Origin: Eledone cirrhosa
Taxonomy: Eukaryota
Assembly: GCA_964016885.1 (NCBI GenBank)
Contig: OZ024752.1
Coordinates: 30,194,001 to 30,258,000, forward strand
Direction: 5' to 3'
Length of the DNA stretch: 64,000 nucleotides
Part shown: positions 18,238 to 31,722 of the stretch, one piece after another
Layout of the letters: the number at the start of each line of letters is the position of its first letter
Numbering within the stretch: position 1 is the first letter of the stretch
Program-made: the position numbers and the translations under genes
Notes under the pieces: generated by a model
What the model saw: the letters and a program-made list of their open reading frames with translations, nothing else
Databases searched by the model: none
Told to the model about the DNA's origin: nothing

Positions 18238-18820
18238 TTTTGTTTCTGAATTTGTTTAGCAAGATTCTTTATCTGAAATCGTGTGTTGAAACCGATATTG
18301 TTATACTTTGGGAGGGTCGTGTTGCCAATAAGAAACACACGCACCAGTTGCTTTCACTTCAATTTATTATAATAAATTTATAATAAATTTATAAATTTAT
18401 AAATTTCTGGTTGGTTGGTTGGTTCCACAACCAGATAGTTGTTTATATATTGTCATAGTTCTTTCGTCACACACTCTGTGACCTCTTCAGTGACTGGGGA
18501 TTCCTTTCTTTGTTTTTGTGCCTCTCCTTTGTTCTGTCCTACTTTCTCAGAAACAAAATGGCGTAGGACAGAACAAAGGAGAGGCACAAAAACAAAGAAA
18601 GGAATCCCCAGTCACTGAAGAGGTCACAGAGTGTGTGACGAAAGAACTATGACAATATATAAACAACTATCTGGTTGTGGAACCAACCAACCAACCAGAA
18701 ATTTATAAATTTATAAATTTATTATAAATTTATTATAAATTTATTATAATAAATTGAAGTGAAAGCAACTGGTGCGTGTGTTTCTTATTGGCAACATGAC
18801 CCTCCCAAAGTATAACAATA
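18238..18820. mobile_element. Inverted pair of PLE pseudo-LTRs, each carrying the hammerhead (18452-18495 -, 18610-18653 +)
   Basis: Both arms match 870-1180; ~19-nt spacer. Confidence 0.88.
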
Positions 18821-19449
18821 TATATATATATTTGTGTGTGTGCAAAAAGTAAATGGAAACAACAAAAGAAAAACACAGTACAATTAAGAAATATATTAGT
18901 TTAACACTTGATATAGTAGGAAAAGAATATTTTCATTTTGGATACTAATTCTTTATCAGAAGATAGAATAAGAAATAAAAGATGAACTAGAAAGACAGAG
19001 GGTGAGAAAAGGAAGGTGCAAAAAAAATATTGAGGGAAACCCTGTGTATTTAGACAGCCATTTTGAAGAAATGCTGGTCAGTGTGTATCTCAGGAATTAG
19101 AGAGGTTTAGAAAGGGAGATAATCATTGTACATTTTGAGATTGATGCAGTACAATGATATGATATATATTAGTTTAATGCTTTTTATAGTAGAAAAAGAA
19201 TTTTAATGTTTCAGACGTTAGTCTCTCATCATAAGATAGAATGAGAGATAGAAAAAAGAAATAGAAAGATAGTTAAGTATAAGACGAGGAAGAAACAGAA
19301 AACAATCTTTTTCAGGTGTGTTTAGTGAAGGTGTGGTAAACAAACAACTCCTTTGTAATAATCACAGCACCTCCAATTAAGTATTGATTTAGTCTGTGAT
19401 GACCTATCCAATCAACCCATGCCAGCACAGAAGATTGGAGATAAAATTC

Positions 19450-20310
19450 TGCTGATGATGATGATGATATTAATGATGACAATGATGACAAAGGTGATGA
19501 TGATGATGATGATGACAATGACAAAGATGATGATGATGACAATGACAAAGATGATGATAATGATGATGATGATGATGACGACGACAAAGATGATGATGAC
19601 GACAAAGAGGATGATGATGACAAAGATGATGACGATGACAAAGATGATGACGATGACAAAGATGATGATGACAAAGATGATGACGACGACAAAGATGATG
19701 ACGATGACAAAGATGATGACGATGACAAAGATGATGATGACAAAGATGATGATGATGACAAAGATGATGACGATGACAAAGATGATGATGACAAAGATGA
19801 TGACGATGACAAAGATGATGATGACGACAAAGATGATGATGACAAAGATGATGACGATGACAAAGATGATGATGACGACAAAGATGATGATGACAAAGAT
19901 GATGACGATGACAAAGATGATGATGACGACAAAGATGATGATGACAAAGATGATGACGACGACAAAGATGATGACGACGACAAAGATGATGACGATGACA
20001 AAGATGATGATGACGACAAAGATGATGATGACAAAGATGATGACGACGACAAAGATGATGATGATGACAAAGATGATGACGATAACAAAGATGATGATGA
20101 TAACAAAGATGATGATGATGACAAAGATTGTGATATTAATGATGACAACGATGACAAAGATGATGATGATGATGATGATAATGATGAGGAGGACGATGGC
20201 ATTAATGATGACAACAAAGACAAAGATGACAATGACAATGATGATGACAATGACAATGATGATGACAATGACAATGATGATGACAATGACAATGATGATG
20301 ATAGCAATGA
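19450..20310. repeat. Compound (GAT/GAC/AAA) trinucleotide repeat
   Basis: Direct. Confidence 0.95.
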
Positions 20311-20939
20311 TAAATGGGAAGCAACTACTTGATTTTACACACAAGCCATGTGCCTTCACTTGCGTTACACTGAATATGCTTGTGTTTTTGGTGATAGTAT
20401 ATCTTTTGTCATTAGGAAAAAAATGTCCTAATTTTCAATGTTTATAGTCTATAACTAAATTTGTGATATTGTTAGGACTTATGCCACATAATGTTAACCT
20501 GAATGTCTGCCTTATAGTGCAATGTTTGTGAGGTCAAATTCACGGAAAAATAGCTATAAACCTATTTTGTAGTTAGATGTACTTTAACTAAAATATAAAG
20601 GAAAAGTTTCTTTCTAAATTCAAGTTCTGATCTTTTGAGGTCTGTGGGCTGACAGTATTTGTTCCAGCTCTTTACTTTACAGAGAGTCCAAATCTCAGCG
20701 CATTCTATATGTATGTCTGTGAGTGGTGTATGTGTGTATGTATAACCTTTGTTAGCTGGGAAAATGGATGTTAAACGATGATGATGCTACTTTTATATAT
20801 ATATATATAATGACGGTACTTTTATATATATATACATAATGATGGTACTTTTATATATATATATATATACATATAAAGGGTGGTGCCCCAGCATGGCCAC
20901 AGCCAGATATTTGGAACAGGTAAAAGAGTAAAAGATATA

Positions 20940-21110
20940 TATATATATAGTAATAATAATAAATTTGAAGACTAAAATCCAGGATAAATATATATCAGAT
21001 ATATAAGAACCGCAGAGCAAATATTTATTAAAATAACAGAAGATCCCGTTAAGGGTGAAAGCAGCGATTCTTTACTTAAACTTTAATCTGTTATTTTAAT
21101 AAATATATAT
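20940..21110. repeat. Fold-back repeat family (second copy 46608-46850)
   Basis: Shared cagaagatcccgttaagggtgaaagc core with inverted arms. Confidence 0.7.
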
Positions 21111-21287
21111 ATATATATACCGTCTAACCCATGCTAGCATGGAAAATGGATGTTAAACGAAGATGATGATGATGATATATATACATATAATGAGAGTCAG
21201 CAACATGCATTGAGTACTTCCACAATTAGCGGTCTCCTTGGTCTCAGCACTGCAAACTCTCTCTCTCTCTCTCTGCATATATATATA

Positions 21288-22192
21288 TATTGTTATATTT
21301 GGGGAGGGTCATATTTGCGTAATATTGCCAAAATTAATAATAGAACACACTCACTGTTTGGTTGGTTTTCGCTTCTCGCTGTCTTTTATATCGGTAATCT
21401 AACTTACTCGGTCCTCAATGTTGCCATTGACTGACCGACGGTCAAAAATAATACAGATACAATATAGACACAAACACATATATATAGTTTATCATAAATC
21501 TTTCATTGCACATCTGCAACATCGTCAGTGGTGTTATATCTTCCTCCTGTTGTGTTGTATGTGTACGCCATTCATGTCCAGTTCTATGAGGGTCTTATAC
21601 TTTTCTATGGCTCCTTCGTATACTCTGACTCTGTCTCTTTGGTTGTAGCCAGAGAACTGCATGCGGTTGATGAAGTGTTGGATGTGTCTTTCCATTTCTG
21701 TTGGGTGGCACATGCGGGACACATTCTTCATTACTCGTACCAAATCTGCGATCAGAATATTAAACTTAGCACTACTGGACATTGCTGAGTTTTTGAGTAT
21801 CAGGTATTTGGAGGCCATGGGTTTAGCATAGTGTAAATATATAGACAGACTGAATAAAAATGGCGTAGACATACAATACAACAGGAGGAAGATATAACAC
21901 CACTGACGATGTTGCAGATGTGCAACAAAAGATTTATGATAAACTATATATATGTGTTTGTGTCTATATTGTATCTGTATTATTTTTGACCGTCGGTCAG
22001 TCAATGGCAACATTGAGGACCGAGTAAGTTAGATTACCGATATAAAAGACACAGAAGCGAGAAGCGAAAACCAACCAAACAGTGAGTGTGTTCTGTTATT
22101 AATTCTGGCAATATTACACAAATATGACCCTCCCCAAGTATAACAATATTTGTTTCGACACACGATTTCATATAAAAAACCCTCGCAAAACT
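21288..22192. mobile_element. Penelope-like element remnant: inverted pLTRs around an RT-thumb fragment (21575-21835, -)
   Basis: HYAKPMAS...SAM...RMQFSGY PLE thumb; arms end in the [11 protein letters not shown] start. Confidence 0.85.
21491..21532 (-). ncRNA. Minimal hammerhead (mirror copy 21899-21940, +, with GAAA->AAAA)
   Basis: acca-CTGACGA-t-gttgca gatg tgcaat-GAAA-gatt-TA-tgat. Confidence 0.7.
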
Positions 22193-22260
22193 ATATATAT
22201 ATATATACAGATATGTAAAAAGTAAACAGAAATAAGAAAGCAAATGGCACAGTACAATGA

Positions 22261-22292
<32 letters not shown>

Positions 22293-23669
22293 TGCCTGGA
22301 AAATCATTATGATCATCATCACCGTTTAACATCTATTTTCCTTACTTATATATGGCTAGAGAGAGAGAGAGAGAGAATATTACTCATAAAAACCTTCACT
22401 GAAACATATATAAAGGAAGTATTAAATTGGTCAAACTTGTCACGTTTCAATAACGAAATAAAAATATGTTGTAAACTTTTCAAAGATGTTTGTACTTTGT
22501 ACTTTTTGAAGTCATATCATTCTTGTCATGTCAACCTTTAACGATCTCCAATTTCTAGAGAGAGAGATGAGTCGTTGATGTACAAGAATAACCATAAAAA
22601 TCTCTCTTTAATCATTGACTCATATATTAGAAACGTCTTTATTTATTTATTTATTTATCTATTTATGTATTTTTAACTTTCTTATCCTCCTCTTGTAGTG
22701 ATTGCTGTTGTTTAACCTCAACTTGGCCCTGAACAAGCATACCTATGATTTGACTCATTCCAGCTATAATCATTCCATCCCTTTCTATATCTAGAACTAT
22801 AGTAATGTCCTTTCTATTTTTTAAGACAGCCAAATTTTGATTTGAGGGAGATGTTGCTACTGTTTCTAGCAGACTGAATTGCCTTGTGCAGGTTTCCTTG
22901 CTGGCTTGTTACTCTAGAGTGATTTGAGGGAAATGTAGCTGTTATTTTTTAGCAAATTGCGTTGCCTCATGCAGGTTTCCTTGTTAGCTAACTCTAGAGT
23001 ATATTGTTATATATCTAGTTGCTATTTCTAGTCGAGTGAGTTGCCTCATGCAGGTTCCTTGTTGGCTTGTTACTCTAGAGTTTGTTATATATTATTATTG
23101 TCAGTAACTGCAAGAGTAACTAGATAGTATATACACAAATATACACACACACAAACGTACATAAACACACAAACACCCACATACATTGATATATAGGTTA
23201 CTATATGACCATACATGGTATGGTTGCAGCTAGATTGGGGCTGACCTGAGTCTAAAAAACATAAGTAACAGTTGAGCTTACAGAGGAAACCTCTACGTAG
23301 TTGCTTAATCTGCTAGAAAGAGTGGCCAAATCTCCCTCAAATCACACTTAACTGCCCGGAAAAAAAAGGATAACAAGGATAATCTAGTTCTGATGTACAT
23401 TCTGTCAAAATACAAAAAAAAAGGGCTTGAGGGTCATGGTTGGAAGGTTTTTGATGATAGTTACATTGGATCAGGTTGTCAAAATACTTATGACATCAGA
23501 CAAAACATCCATTGGTATTTAGTTACAACTCTGGTAATGGAAATATAATAGTTCTGGTTCTGGAGCTAAACTACAATTCAAGTAATAGTCAGATAAAATA
23601 ACATTATTTTCTTCTCTCTCCTCATATTATATGTTCTACGCTTTCTCTTTATTCATTTCATACAATTAT

Positions 23670-23962
23670 TATTGCGACCAATCAAACATTCCTGACAAAG
23701 TCTTTCCACATTTCGCAATTTTCTGTTGCTCCTGGCAACTGTTCCTTACTGAGGTTTCATGCAGTCATCATTGTGACCACAGTCAAACATTCCCGACAAA
23801 GTCTCTCCATAATCCACAATTTTCTGTTGCTCCTGGCAACTGTTCCTTACTCAGGTTTCATGCAGTCATCATTGTGACCACAGTCAAACATTCCTGACAA
23901 AGTCTCTCCATAATTTATAATTTTCTGTTTCTCCTGGCAACTGCTCTTTACTCAGGTTTCAT
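23670..23962. repeat. 101-bp tandem repeat, ~2.8 copies
   Basis: caaacattcc at 23683, 23784, 23885. Confidence 0.9.
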
Positions 23963-24544
23963 TCATCATCATGTTATACATCCTGTTTTAAACTTAATTT
24001 AACAATGGCCATTGATCCAAAATATATATATTGTTGCTATTTGTTGACTTGGTGGAAGTTGCAACTAAATCTTTCTCAAACCACACCTTAGTGTCTTTAA
24101 AAACAAGGAGGGAGGGCACATTTAACAATGTAATCCTAGATATATGATTACAATAAGTTGATATAGTAATGGTTGAGATACCTTTTGTGATAAGTCAACT
24201 GAATTAGATCTGACCTGAGAGGTAAAGAGAAACAGGATGTATTTTCTGTTAACAATGATCACTTCGATTTTGTTTCTCATTTACTTTTCATGGATAAGTA
24301 TACATATATATAGGAAAAGAGTCAGGACCCCGATGGCTGAGCTCTGGCTGTTTCAACAGCTAGATCTGAACAGTTCAGATCTAGCTGTCAAGCTGTCAAG
24401 CCGTCGGAGTCCTGATTCTTTTCCTATTATTTATTCTACTACCCTAATTATTGAGTACTCTGGTGCATTATGGTCCACATGGTATCTTACCACACCCTCT
24501 TTGTTTTGTATATATATATATATATATATATATATACAAATAAA

Positions 24545-24725
24545 CTGGTATTCCATCAGTTACGACGATGAGTGTTCCAGTCGATACAATGAATGGAAGA
24601 GCCAGCTCATGAAATTATTGTGAAAATGGCTGAGTATTCCACAGACATATAATCTTTTAAGGTAGTTCTCAGCAAGATTCAATGTGACACAGAATGTGAC
24701 AAGTCTGGTTCTTTCGAATTACAGA
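24545..24725 (-). mobile_element. Degenerate SINE body
   Basis: Resembles a common cephalopod SINE segment (from recollection). Confidence 0.5.
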
Positions 24726-24789
24726 ACTTCAAGAAACTACACCTCACAAATGCAATGACAAAAGAGGGAGGTACAAGGGGAGGTGCTAT

Positions 24790-25410
24790 ACTCTTCTTCT
24801 TCTTCAACTTATTTCTGAATGGGTCATAGGAGCAGAGTCACCAAACATGCTCTCCAGAGGGACCCATCAGAAGCAACTACCTCCAAACAATCCAACTGGA
24901 TTCTCAAGTAAGACAAATAAAATGTATGTACATTATCCAACCATCTTGTTCATAGTCTGCCTGCAGGTTGGCTTTGCCTATAAAGTTCTGTCCAGTGATT
25001 CTTTCCTTAGATATTCTAACCATATGTCCATAGTACCACAGCTGTGATCTCTTGATGTGGAGAAATAGCAAGCTCTACCCGGAGAAAAACCAACTCCCTA
25101 ATCTCCAAGCTATGCACCCTGTTAAGTAACGTTACTCCAAAACCCTTCGGAACTTCAGAGGAATCCCTATTTTGGCATCTTGTATTCATGATCATATTCT
25201 TTCAGTCAAAACTCAAGATTTATGACCATAGGTAAGGGTTGGCATGAACATCAGATTGAAGATAGTCAGTTTGGCTTTTACACCTACCACCTTTCTTTTG
25301 GTGACTGAGGTGCTGAAGCTGACACCTTGATGTAGCAGATCCAGCAATTCTTGCATTTAATTCAGCCTCCTGCATTCCAACAAGCATGAAAACGACCTTC
25401 ATTTTTTAAA
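24790..25410 (-). mobile_element. Degenerate RTE-clade 3' fragment
   Basis: EAELNARI...PTLTYGH remnants; (GAA)n tail. Confidence 0.6.
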
Positions 25411-25707
25411 ATGAAAATAGCAGATCAAATCACTTCTGGTATTTGATCGGTATTTATTTTATCAACTTTGTCTTTCATCCAGACTTTACTTGGATTTGAT
25501 CTCATTCATTTCATTTCATTTCATTTTATGTCCACTTTTCCCTGCTTGCAAGGGTGAGACAGGAACTGATTCTGGCTTGATTTCTACAGCTGGATGCCCT
25601 TCCTAACACCAACCTCATTTACAGTGAGTGCTGGGTGCTTTTTTGCTGTGGCACCACCACGACCACTTTGCAGTGGAATGATATGGACCCTAGTCCCTAT
25701 CATCTCA

Positions 25708-25848
25708 TTTCTACAGCTGAGTAAACTGGAGCAATGTGAAATAAAGTGCCTTGCTCAAGGAAACAACACATCGCCCAGTCTGAGAATTGAACTCACAACC
25801 TTTCGATTCCAATGCCAATGTTCTAACCACTAAGCCATGTGCCTCCAT
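25708..25848 (-). mobile_element. tRNA-derived SINE (second family)
   Basis: Box A tggcttagtgg, box B gagttcaattc, then ccttgagcaaggcac. Confidence 0.75.
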
Positions 25849-26054
25849 AACATAAAAATAAAAAACATAATAAAACACAATAAAACCCTAGAAAACATTT
25901 TGTCCAATTCTACTTGGGGAGGATTGTGTTTCAAATAACAATATTTACAAAAGAAAGTATCAAAGTGAATGAAATTCAGTTTAAAAAAATATATAACCTC
26001 TAAGATGAATTATCAACACAAGCAAAATAAACTAAACTGATTTAACAAAAAAGA

Positions 26055-26087
<33 letters not shown>

Positions 26088-26164
26088 GTTGTGTATGTGT
26101 ATACATATATATATATATGTATATCATAATACATATATATCATATATATATATGTATACATATA

Positions 26165-26455
26165 TAAATATTAAAACAATGAAATTAAACACAAAACTGT
26201 TAATTCATAGTAAAACACATTATTTTACAATAGTTTCTGGGGGGTAGTTCTCTGTATGTTCATTCAACTATTGATCTATGTTCTATGTAAAATATATTAC
26301 AAAATATCATAGTAAAAAAAAAATACATACGTCTTCACTACCAGCCGTCTTCAAAAATAATTATTTCTGAAGACGGCGGGTAGTGAAGATGTATGTATTT
26401 TTTTTTTACTATGATATTTTGTAATATGTTTTACATAGATCAATAGTTGAATGTG
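26165..26455. repeat. Fold-back repeat; family continues at 28038-28170 and 47530-47835
   Basis: Inverted arms and shared sequence. Confidence 0.75.
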
Positions 26456-28037
26456 TATGGAAGGGGTACATCAGGTGTAGTTTTGGCGTATTTCGGGAAG
26501 CATGAGTGTCTTAAAGGATGCAGTGTCTCGGCAGCTAACAACTGACGCAGGCAGTTTGTTCCATGCTTCAGCAACTCTGAGCATGAAAAAATGTCTACGA
26601 AAGTCATGGGAGCTGTGCTGTTTTCTGATTTTGTAGGCATGTCCACGTGTGTTAGACACATGGAGATCAAAAAGGTGCTCGGGGTTGCAATTGGCGAGAT
26701 GGTTAATAACTTTGTGGGTATTTACCAAGTCCATTGCCAGATGTCGGAGCTTCAATGAATCCATGCCCAGGGAAGCAAGGCGTTCAGAGTATGGTAGGTG
26801 TCTGATGGAGGGTATGCGCTTGGTTGCACGTCTCTGAACAGTTTCCAGGAGGTCAATGTTCTGAGCAAGATAGGGATTCCAGACTGATGATGCGAATTCC
26901 AAGTGTGGTCATACCATAGCTGTATACAGTTTTAAATAGATGGCTGGAGAGCGGCTAACAAAGGTCTTGCTGAGTGATGCCAAGACACCCTCGGCCTTCT
27001 TGACAATCTTAGAGACATGCTTTGTCCAACGCAAATCGCTACTGACAGTAATGCCCAGGTCACGTTCACAAGAGGACTTCTTGATATCAGTGTTGTGGAG
27101 GGAGTATGTGGACGCTGGATTTTTCCTCCCAAAATGCATGGTGGTACACTTGTCCACAGCCAAGTGATCCATTGCTGCATTGTGTCCAGGTCTGATTGTA
27201 GGAAAGAGTTGTAGATTTCAGGATCAGTCCTTTTGATTTCAAGGTACAGCTTGATATCATCTGCATATTTCAGTACCGTGGCATTCTGTAAGTTGGCATC
27301 TATGTCATTAATATATGCCACAAACAAAAGGGGACCAAGAACAGATCCCTGTGGTACACCAGATGACATCTCATATGGTGAAGAATGATGTCCTAGAACC
27401 GTGACTACCTCTTTTCTGCTGAGAATGAAGGATTTCAACCAGTCAAAAAGATCATCCCTCACACCCATTGCAGAGAGTTTTGCCATAAGTCTTTTGTGTG
27501 GCACAGAATTAAAAGCCTTAGCAAAGTAAAGGTAAACAACATCCACCCATGAGCCGCTGTCAGTGATCCGGGTGATGTCTTCAAGGAACTCGATAAGCTG
27601 ATCACAGCAGCTGGAGTTAGGGATAAATCCAAACTGTGAGGGCCGGATGAGGCTGTGAGAGCTCCAGAAGTTCCAAAGTGTTTCTCTGACCCAGGATTCC
27701 ATCAGTTTGGCCATACAACTAGTAAGACTGACTGGACGATAGTTGACAGGTGACATGCGGTTGCCCTTTTTGAACAGGGGAATGACTCTGGCAGTTTTCC
27801 ACTGCTCCGGAGTAGCACCATTGTTGAGACAGTATTGAAAGAAGAAAGAAAGCTGGCGCAAAAGGAAATACCCGCCACGTTTGAGAAGCAGGTATGTCAC
27901 ACCATCAAGACCAGGGGAGGCATAGTTGCGCTTATTCTTAAGGTGACGTCGCAACATTGCAGGTGTAAATTCCATAGTTGTTATGGAATTTGATGTTAGA
28001 GATGGTGGAGATGGTACATTCTGGTTTTCAACATTGA
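26456..28037 (-). mobile_element. 5'-truncated, frameshifted CR1/L2-group LINE
   Basis: NYRPVSLTS, GVPQGSVLGP, YADD, VQRRATK across three ORF pieces. Confidence 0.92.
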
Positions 28038-28169
28038 ATCAAATTGAATTATATCGTTGATAAAAATGTTTGTATTTTAAACTTTGCTTCACGACATCTA
28101 CTACATACGGATTACATTGAGTTCTTTATACGATTTAGACCCTACCATTGAGTGGTAGATTTATCTGTG

Positions 28170-28236
<67 letters not shown>

Positions 28237-28765
28237 ATATCATAATACATACATATGTATATATATGTATACATATATATATAATCATAATATAATCAGT
28301 GGGGCATCAAAATAATTAAAAGGCATATATATTTTCAATTTTTGTGAGATCTACTGTACTTTTTTAATAAATGGATTTCAAATTTTCCATAGCTTAGTAT
28401 TTCACCACATTTAAAGTGTAGAATTATTGTTTTGCCATATAATTCTGGCAATGTCATGATTCAGCGAAAATATTATCAACAACACTTCTAAACTTTAAGA
28501 AAAGAAGGAGAATATTTGAATATTTCCTAATTCATGGTGTCCTCATGTCAACTGAAACAATGTTTCACTTGTGGGTGTCCACCAGCGAAGAGTAAAAGGA
28601 AAACTTATATAACACATGCTTACAGGCATGCAGTCATATATACATATGCGTGTGTGTATGTGTAAATAATAAAGCATATGAATCACATGGCAACCACATT
28701 ATGCTAGACTTATCTGGTCATTTGAGCATGTATATGTATATCTTCCCTCCTACCTCTCTCTCTCT

Positions 28766-30141
28766 CTGAGTGTTGACAAGAACAACAGCTATCTATCTAT
28801 CCATCTGTCTATCTATTTATCTATCATAATAAACTCAGACACACACGCTGTCTCTCTCAAAGTGTTGAGAAGAACAACAGCTATATATCTATCTATCTAT
28901 CCATCTGTCTATCTATTTATCATAATAAACTCAGACACTTTCTCTCTCTCTCTCAGTGTTGAGAAGAACAGCTATCTGTCTATCTATCTATCTATCTATC
29001 ATAACAGGTTCAGACACACTTTCTCTCTCTCTCAGTGTTGAGAAGAACAGCTATCTGTCTATCTATCTATCATAACAGGTTCAGACACACTTTCTCTCTC
29101 TCTCAGTGTTGAGAAGAACAGCTATCTGTCTATCTATCTATCTATCTATCATAACAGGTTCAGACACACTTTCTCTCTCTCTCAGTGTTGAGAAGAACAG
29201 CTATCTGTCTATCTATCTATCTATCTATCATAACAGGTTCAGACACACTTTCTCTCTCTCTCAGTGTTGAGAAGAACAGCTATCTGTCTATCTATCTATC
29301 TATCTATCATAACAGGCTCAGACACACTTTCTCTCTCTCTCAGTGTTGAGAAGAACAGCTATCTGTCTATCTATCTATCTATCTATTTGTCCCCTTCTTT
29401 TGTGCCCCTGTGGCTAATAAAGAAATATATCTATCTATCATAACAGGTTCAGACACACTTTCTCTCTCTCTCAGTGTTGAGAAGAACAGCTATCTGTCTA
29501 TCTATCTATCTATCTATCATAACAGGTTCAGACACACTCTCTCTCTCTCTCAGTGTTGAGAAGAACAGCTATCTGTCTATCTATCTATCTATCTATCTAT
29601 CATAACAGGTTCAGACACACTTTCTCTCTCTCTCAGTGTTGAGAAGAACAGCTATCTGTCTATCTATCTATCTATCTATCATAACAGGTTCAGACACACT
29701 TTCTCTCTCTCTCAGTGTTGAGAAGAACAGCTATCTGTCTATCTATCTATCTATCTATCATAACAGGTTCAGACACACTTTCTCTCTCTCTCAGTGTTGA
29801 GAAGAACAGCTATCTGTCTATCTATCTATCTATCTATCATAACAGGCTCAGACACACTTTCTCTCTCTCTCAGTGTTGAGAAGAACAGCTATCTGTCTAT
29901 CTATCTATCTATCTATCATAACAGGTTCAGACACACTTTCTCTCTCTCTCAGTGTTGAGAAGAACAGCTATCTGTCTATCTATCTATCTATCTATCATAA
30001 CAGGTTCAGACACACTCTCTCTCTCTCTCAGTGTTGAGAAGAACAGCTATCTGTCTATCTATCTATCTATCATAACAGGCTCAGACACACATGCTGCCTC
30101 TCTCAGTGTTGAGAAGAACAACAGCTATCTATCTATCTATC
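28766..30141. repeat. ~79-bp minisatellite (~17 units) containing (CT)n and (CTAT)n
   Basis: cagtgttgag at 29104, 29183, 29262; a unit resumes at 35525. Confidence 0.95.
29384..29429 (+). mobile_element. ~45-bp 3' end of the Tx1-like element inserted in the (CTAT)n of the array
   Basis: Identical to 35356-35400. Confidence 0.85.
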
Positions 30142-31689
30142 TCCACAAAGAAACCAAAAATCTCCTTTGCGGAGAAAGTTCAAAAGAAAGAACAATTGAT
30201 ATATCTCGACATAACAAATGCTGAACACCTTTTAAAGGACGCTAAGAGATATGTCACCTTCGAAAAAAATGGTGCTTTCAGCATCAATTCTCCGGTAGAA
30301 ATTCGCAAGGAAACTGCTCTCAAAACGATAGTTTTTAGGACAGTTTCCAATTCTACCCGAAAACCAGTCCAATTGTCACAGAAAGATATTGAACTGGTTT
30401 TCAAAGATTCAATGAATGATATTGCATTCATTCAAAGAAGCAAACTTTTTGGGAGTATTTCGGTACTGATGAAGGATCAATTGACGGCCCAAAATTACTC
30501 TGTGTCGCCAATTGTATCCAACCTGTACACCTTTTTCCCTACATACATGGGAAAAAGGACACAAAAGATCAGAATCACAAGTGTCACACCAAAGGTGAAC
30601 ATATGGTGGATACTGTGCGGCTTCATCAATTTTGATGAAGACAGAATACTGTCAGTAGGCAAGTCCCCCAGAGATGTATTCAATGGGACTAGCATTGAAG
30701 TTCTGGTGCAAATGAGCCCAGAGCGAATAGCTATGATCCCACAGCGTGTACTCCTGGACGGACTTACCTACATAAACCTTTCGGTTGAGGGTAGGCGGCC
30801 TTCATGTTACCATTGCTTTAGCAGGGGTCACCTGAGGGCTTCCTGTCCTAAACTAATGAACCAAAAAAAGGCTCTTCTGCCAACACCCATCAAAACAACA
30901 CAACCACCAACACCACCACTACAACAACAACACCAACACACAAAAATAACCACAACAAACACAGTCCCACCCAACCTCACTCCACCTAAAACCACTGCAA
31001 AATCACATACAGACACAACAGCTCCCCAAGACATACCCCTCCCCAATCACACAGACGATACAACAGATGAGGCTATCTCGCCATCACCCAGTGAAGACGA
31101 GGGAGAACCCCATCGCTCGAAAAGAAAGAAAAGACATCACAAAAGCAAAAAACCAGCAAACACTACCACAAACATACAACCACCAACACAAACAACAAAA
31201 ATATCACAAACAAAACCCCCACCTCCTGAAAACAAAATACCTACAACAAAACGAAAGCACACACAAGAACTACAGACAAAAACAAACACAACACAAGAAA
31301 ATTACACTTACACTTACATAAACACTGAAAACAAAACACTAATGGAGACCATTACGAACGACCCTTCGGTTTTCACCGAAGGGAAAACTTTCGCCCACTC
31401 TATAAAAAATAGCAAAAAAATGAACCTAAAACTGATTAGGGTCCCTATACAAACTTATAGGTCCCTAAAAGAAACATTTGAGAAGGATGTGGGGAATTCC
31501 TGCGTGAAACCACTCAACCGCGTCCTTCTCAAATGCCTCCCCACCCCAGACACCCCCATTCCACCAGACCCCACCCCACCAAACATCTGCGTCCCCACCC
31601 CGCCGGAAACCACCACCCATCCAGACAACCCCTCCAACACCCCCATGGAAATCGTGCGGCCTGGTCCCCAGGAGGCGAAGGGTGAGTGA
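30142..31689 (+). CDS. ORF1 (gag-like, CCHC knuckle) of an L1/Tx1-clade element, probably 5'-truncated
   Basis: CYHCFSRGHLRASC; the track's ATG at 30091 lies in the minisatellite. Confidence 0.85.
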   Translation, partial: STKKPKISFAEKVQKKEQLIYLDITNAEHLLKDAKRYVTFEKNGAFSINSPVEIRKETALKTIVFRTVSNSTRKPVQLSQKDIELVFKDSMNDIAFIQRSKLFGSISVLMKDQLTAQNYSVSPIVSNLYTFFPTYMGKRTQKIRITSVTPKVNIWWILCGFINFDEDRILSVGKSPRDVFNGTSIEVLVQMSPERIAMIPQRVLLDGLTYINLSVEGRRPSCYHCFSRGHLRASCPKLMNQKKALLPTPIKTTQPPTPPLQQQHQHTKITTTNTVPPNLTPPKTTAKSHTDTTAPQDIPLPNHTDDTTDEAISPSPSEDEGEPHRSKRKKRHHKSKKPANTTTNIQPPTQTTKISQTKPPPPENKIPTTKRKHTQELQTKTNTTQENYTYTYINTENKTLMETITNDPSVFTEGKTFAHSIKNSKKMNLKLIRVPIQTYRSLKETFEKDVGNSCVKPLNRVLLKCLPTPDTPIPPDPTPPNICVPTPPETTTHPDNPSNTPMEIVRPGPQEAKGE

Positions 31690-31722
31690 TCTCTTTTCCT
31701 CTTTTAACTTTTCAGCACCAAC

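Noticed and set aside
26365-26395. CTGAAGA near a palindrome centre
   Set aside because: No stem II or GAAA follows
28766-30141. CRISPR-like periodicity (also 40340-41762 and 55985-56390)
   Set aside because: No unique spacers, no cas genes, eukaryotic context
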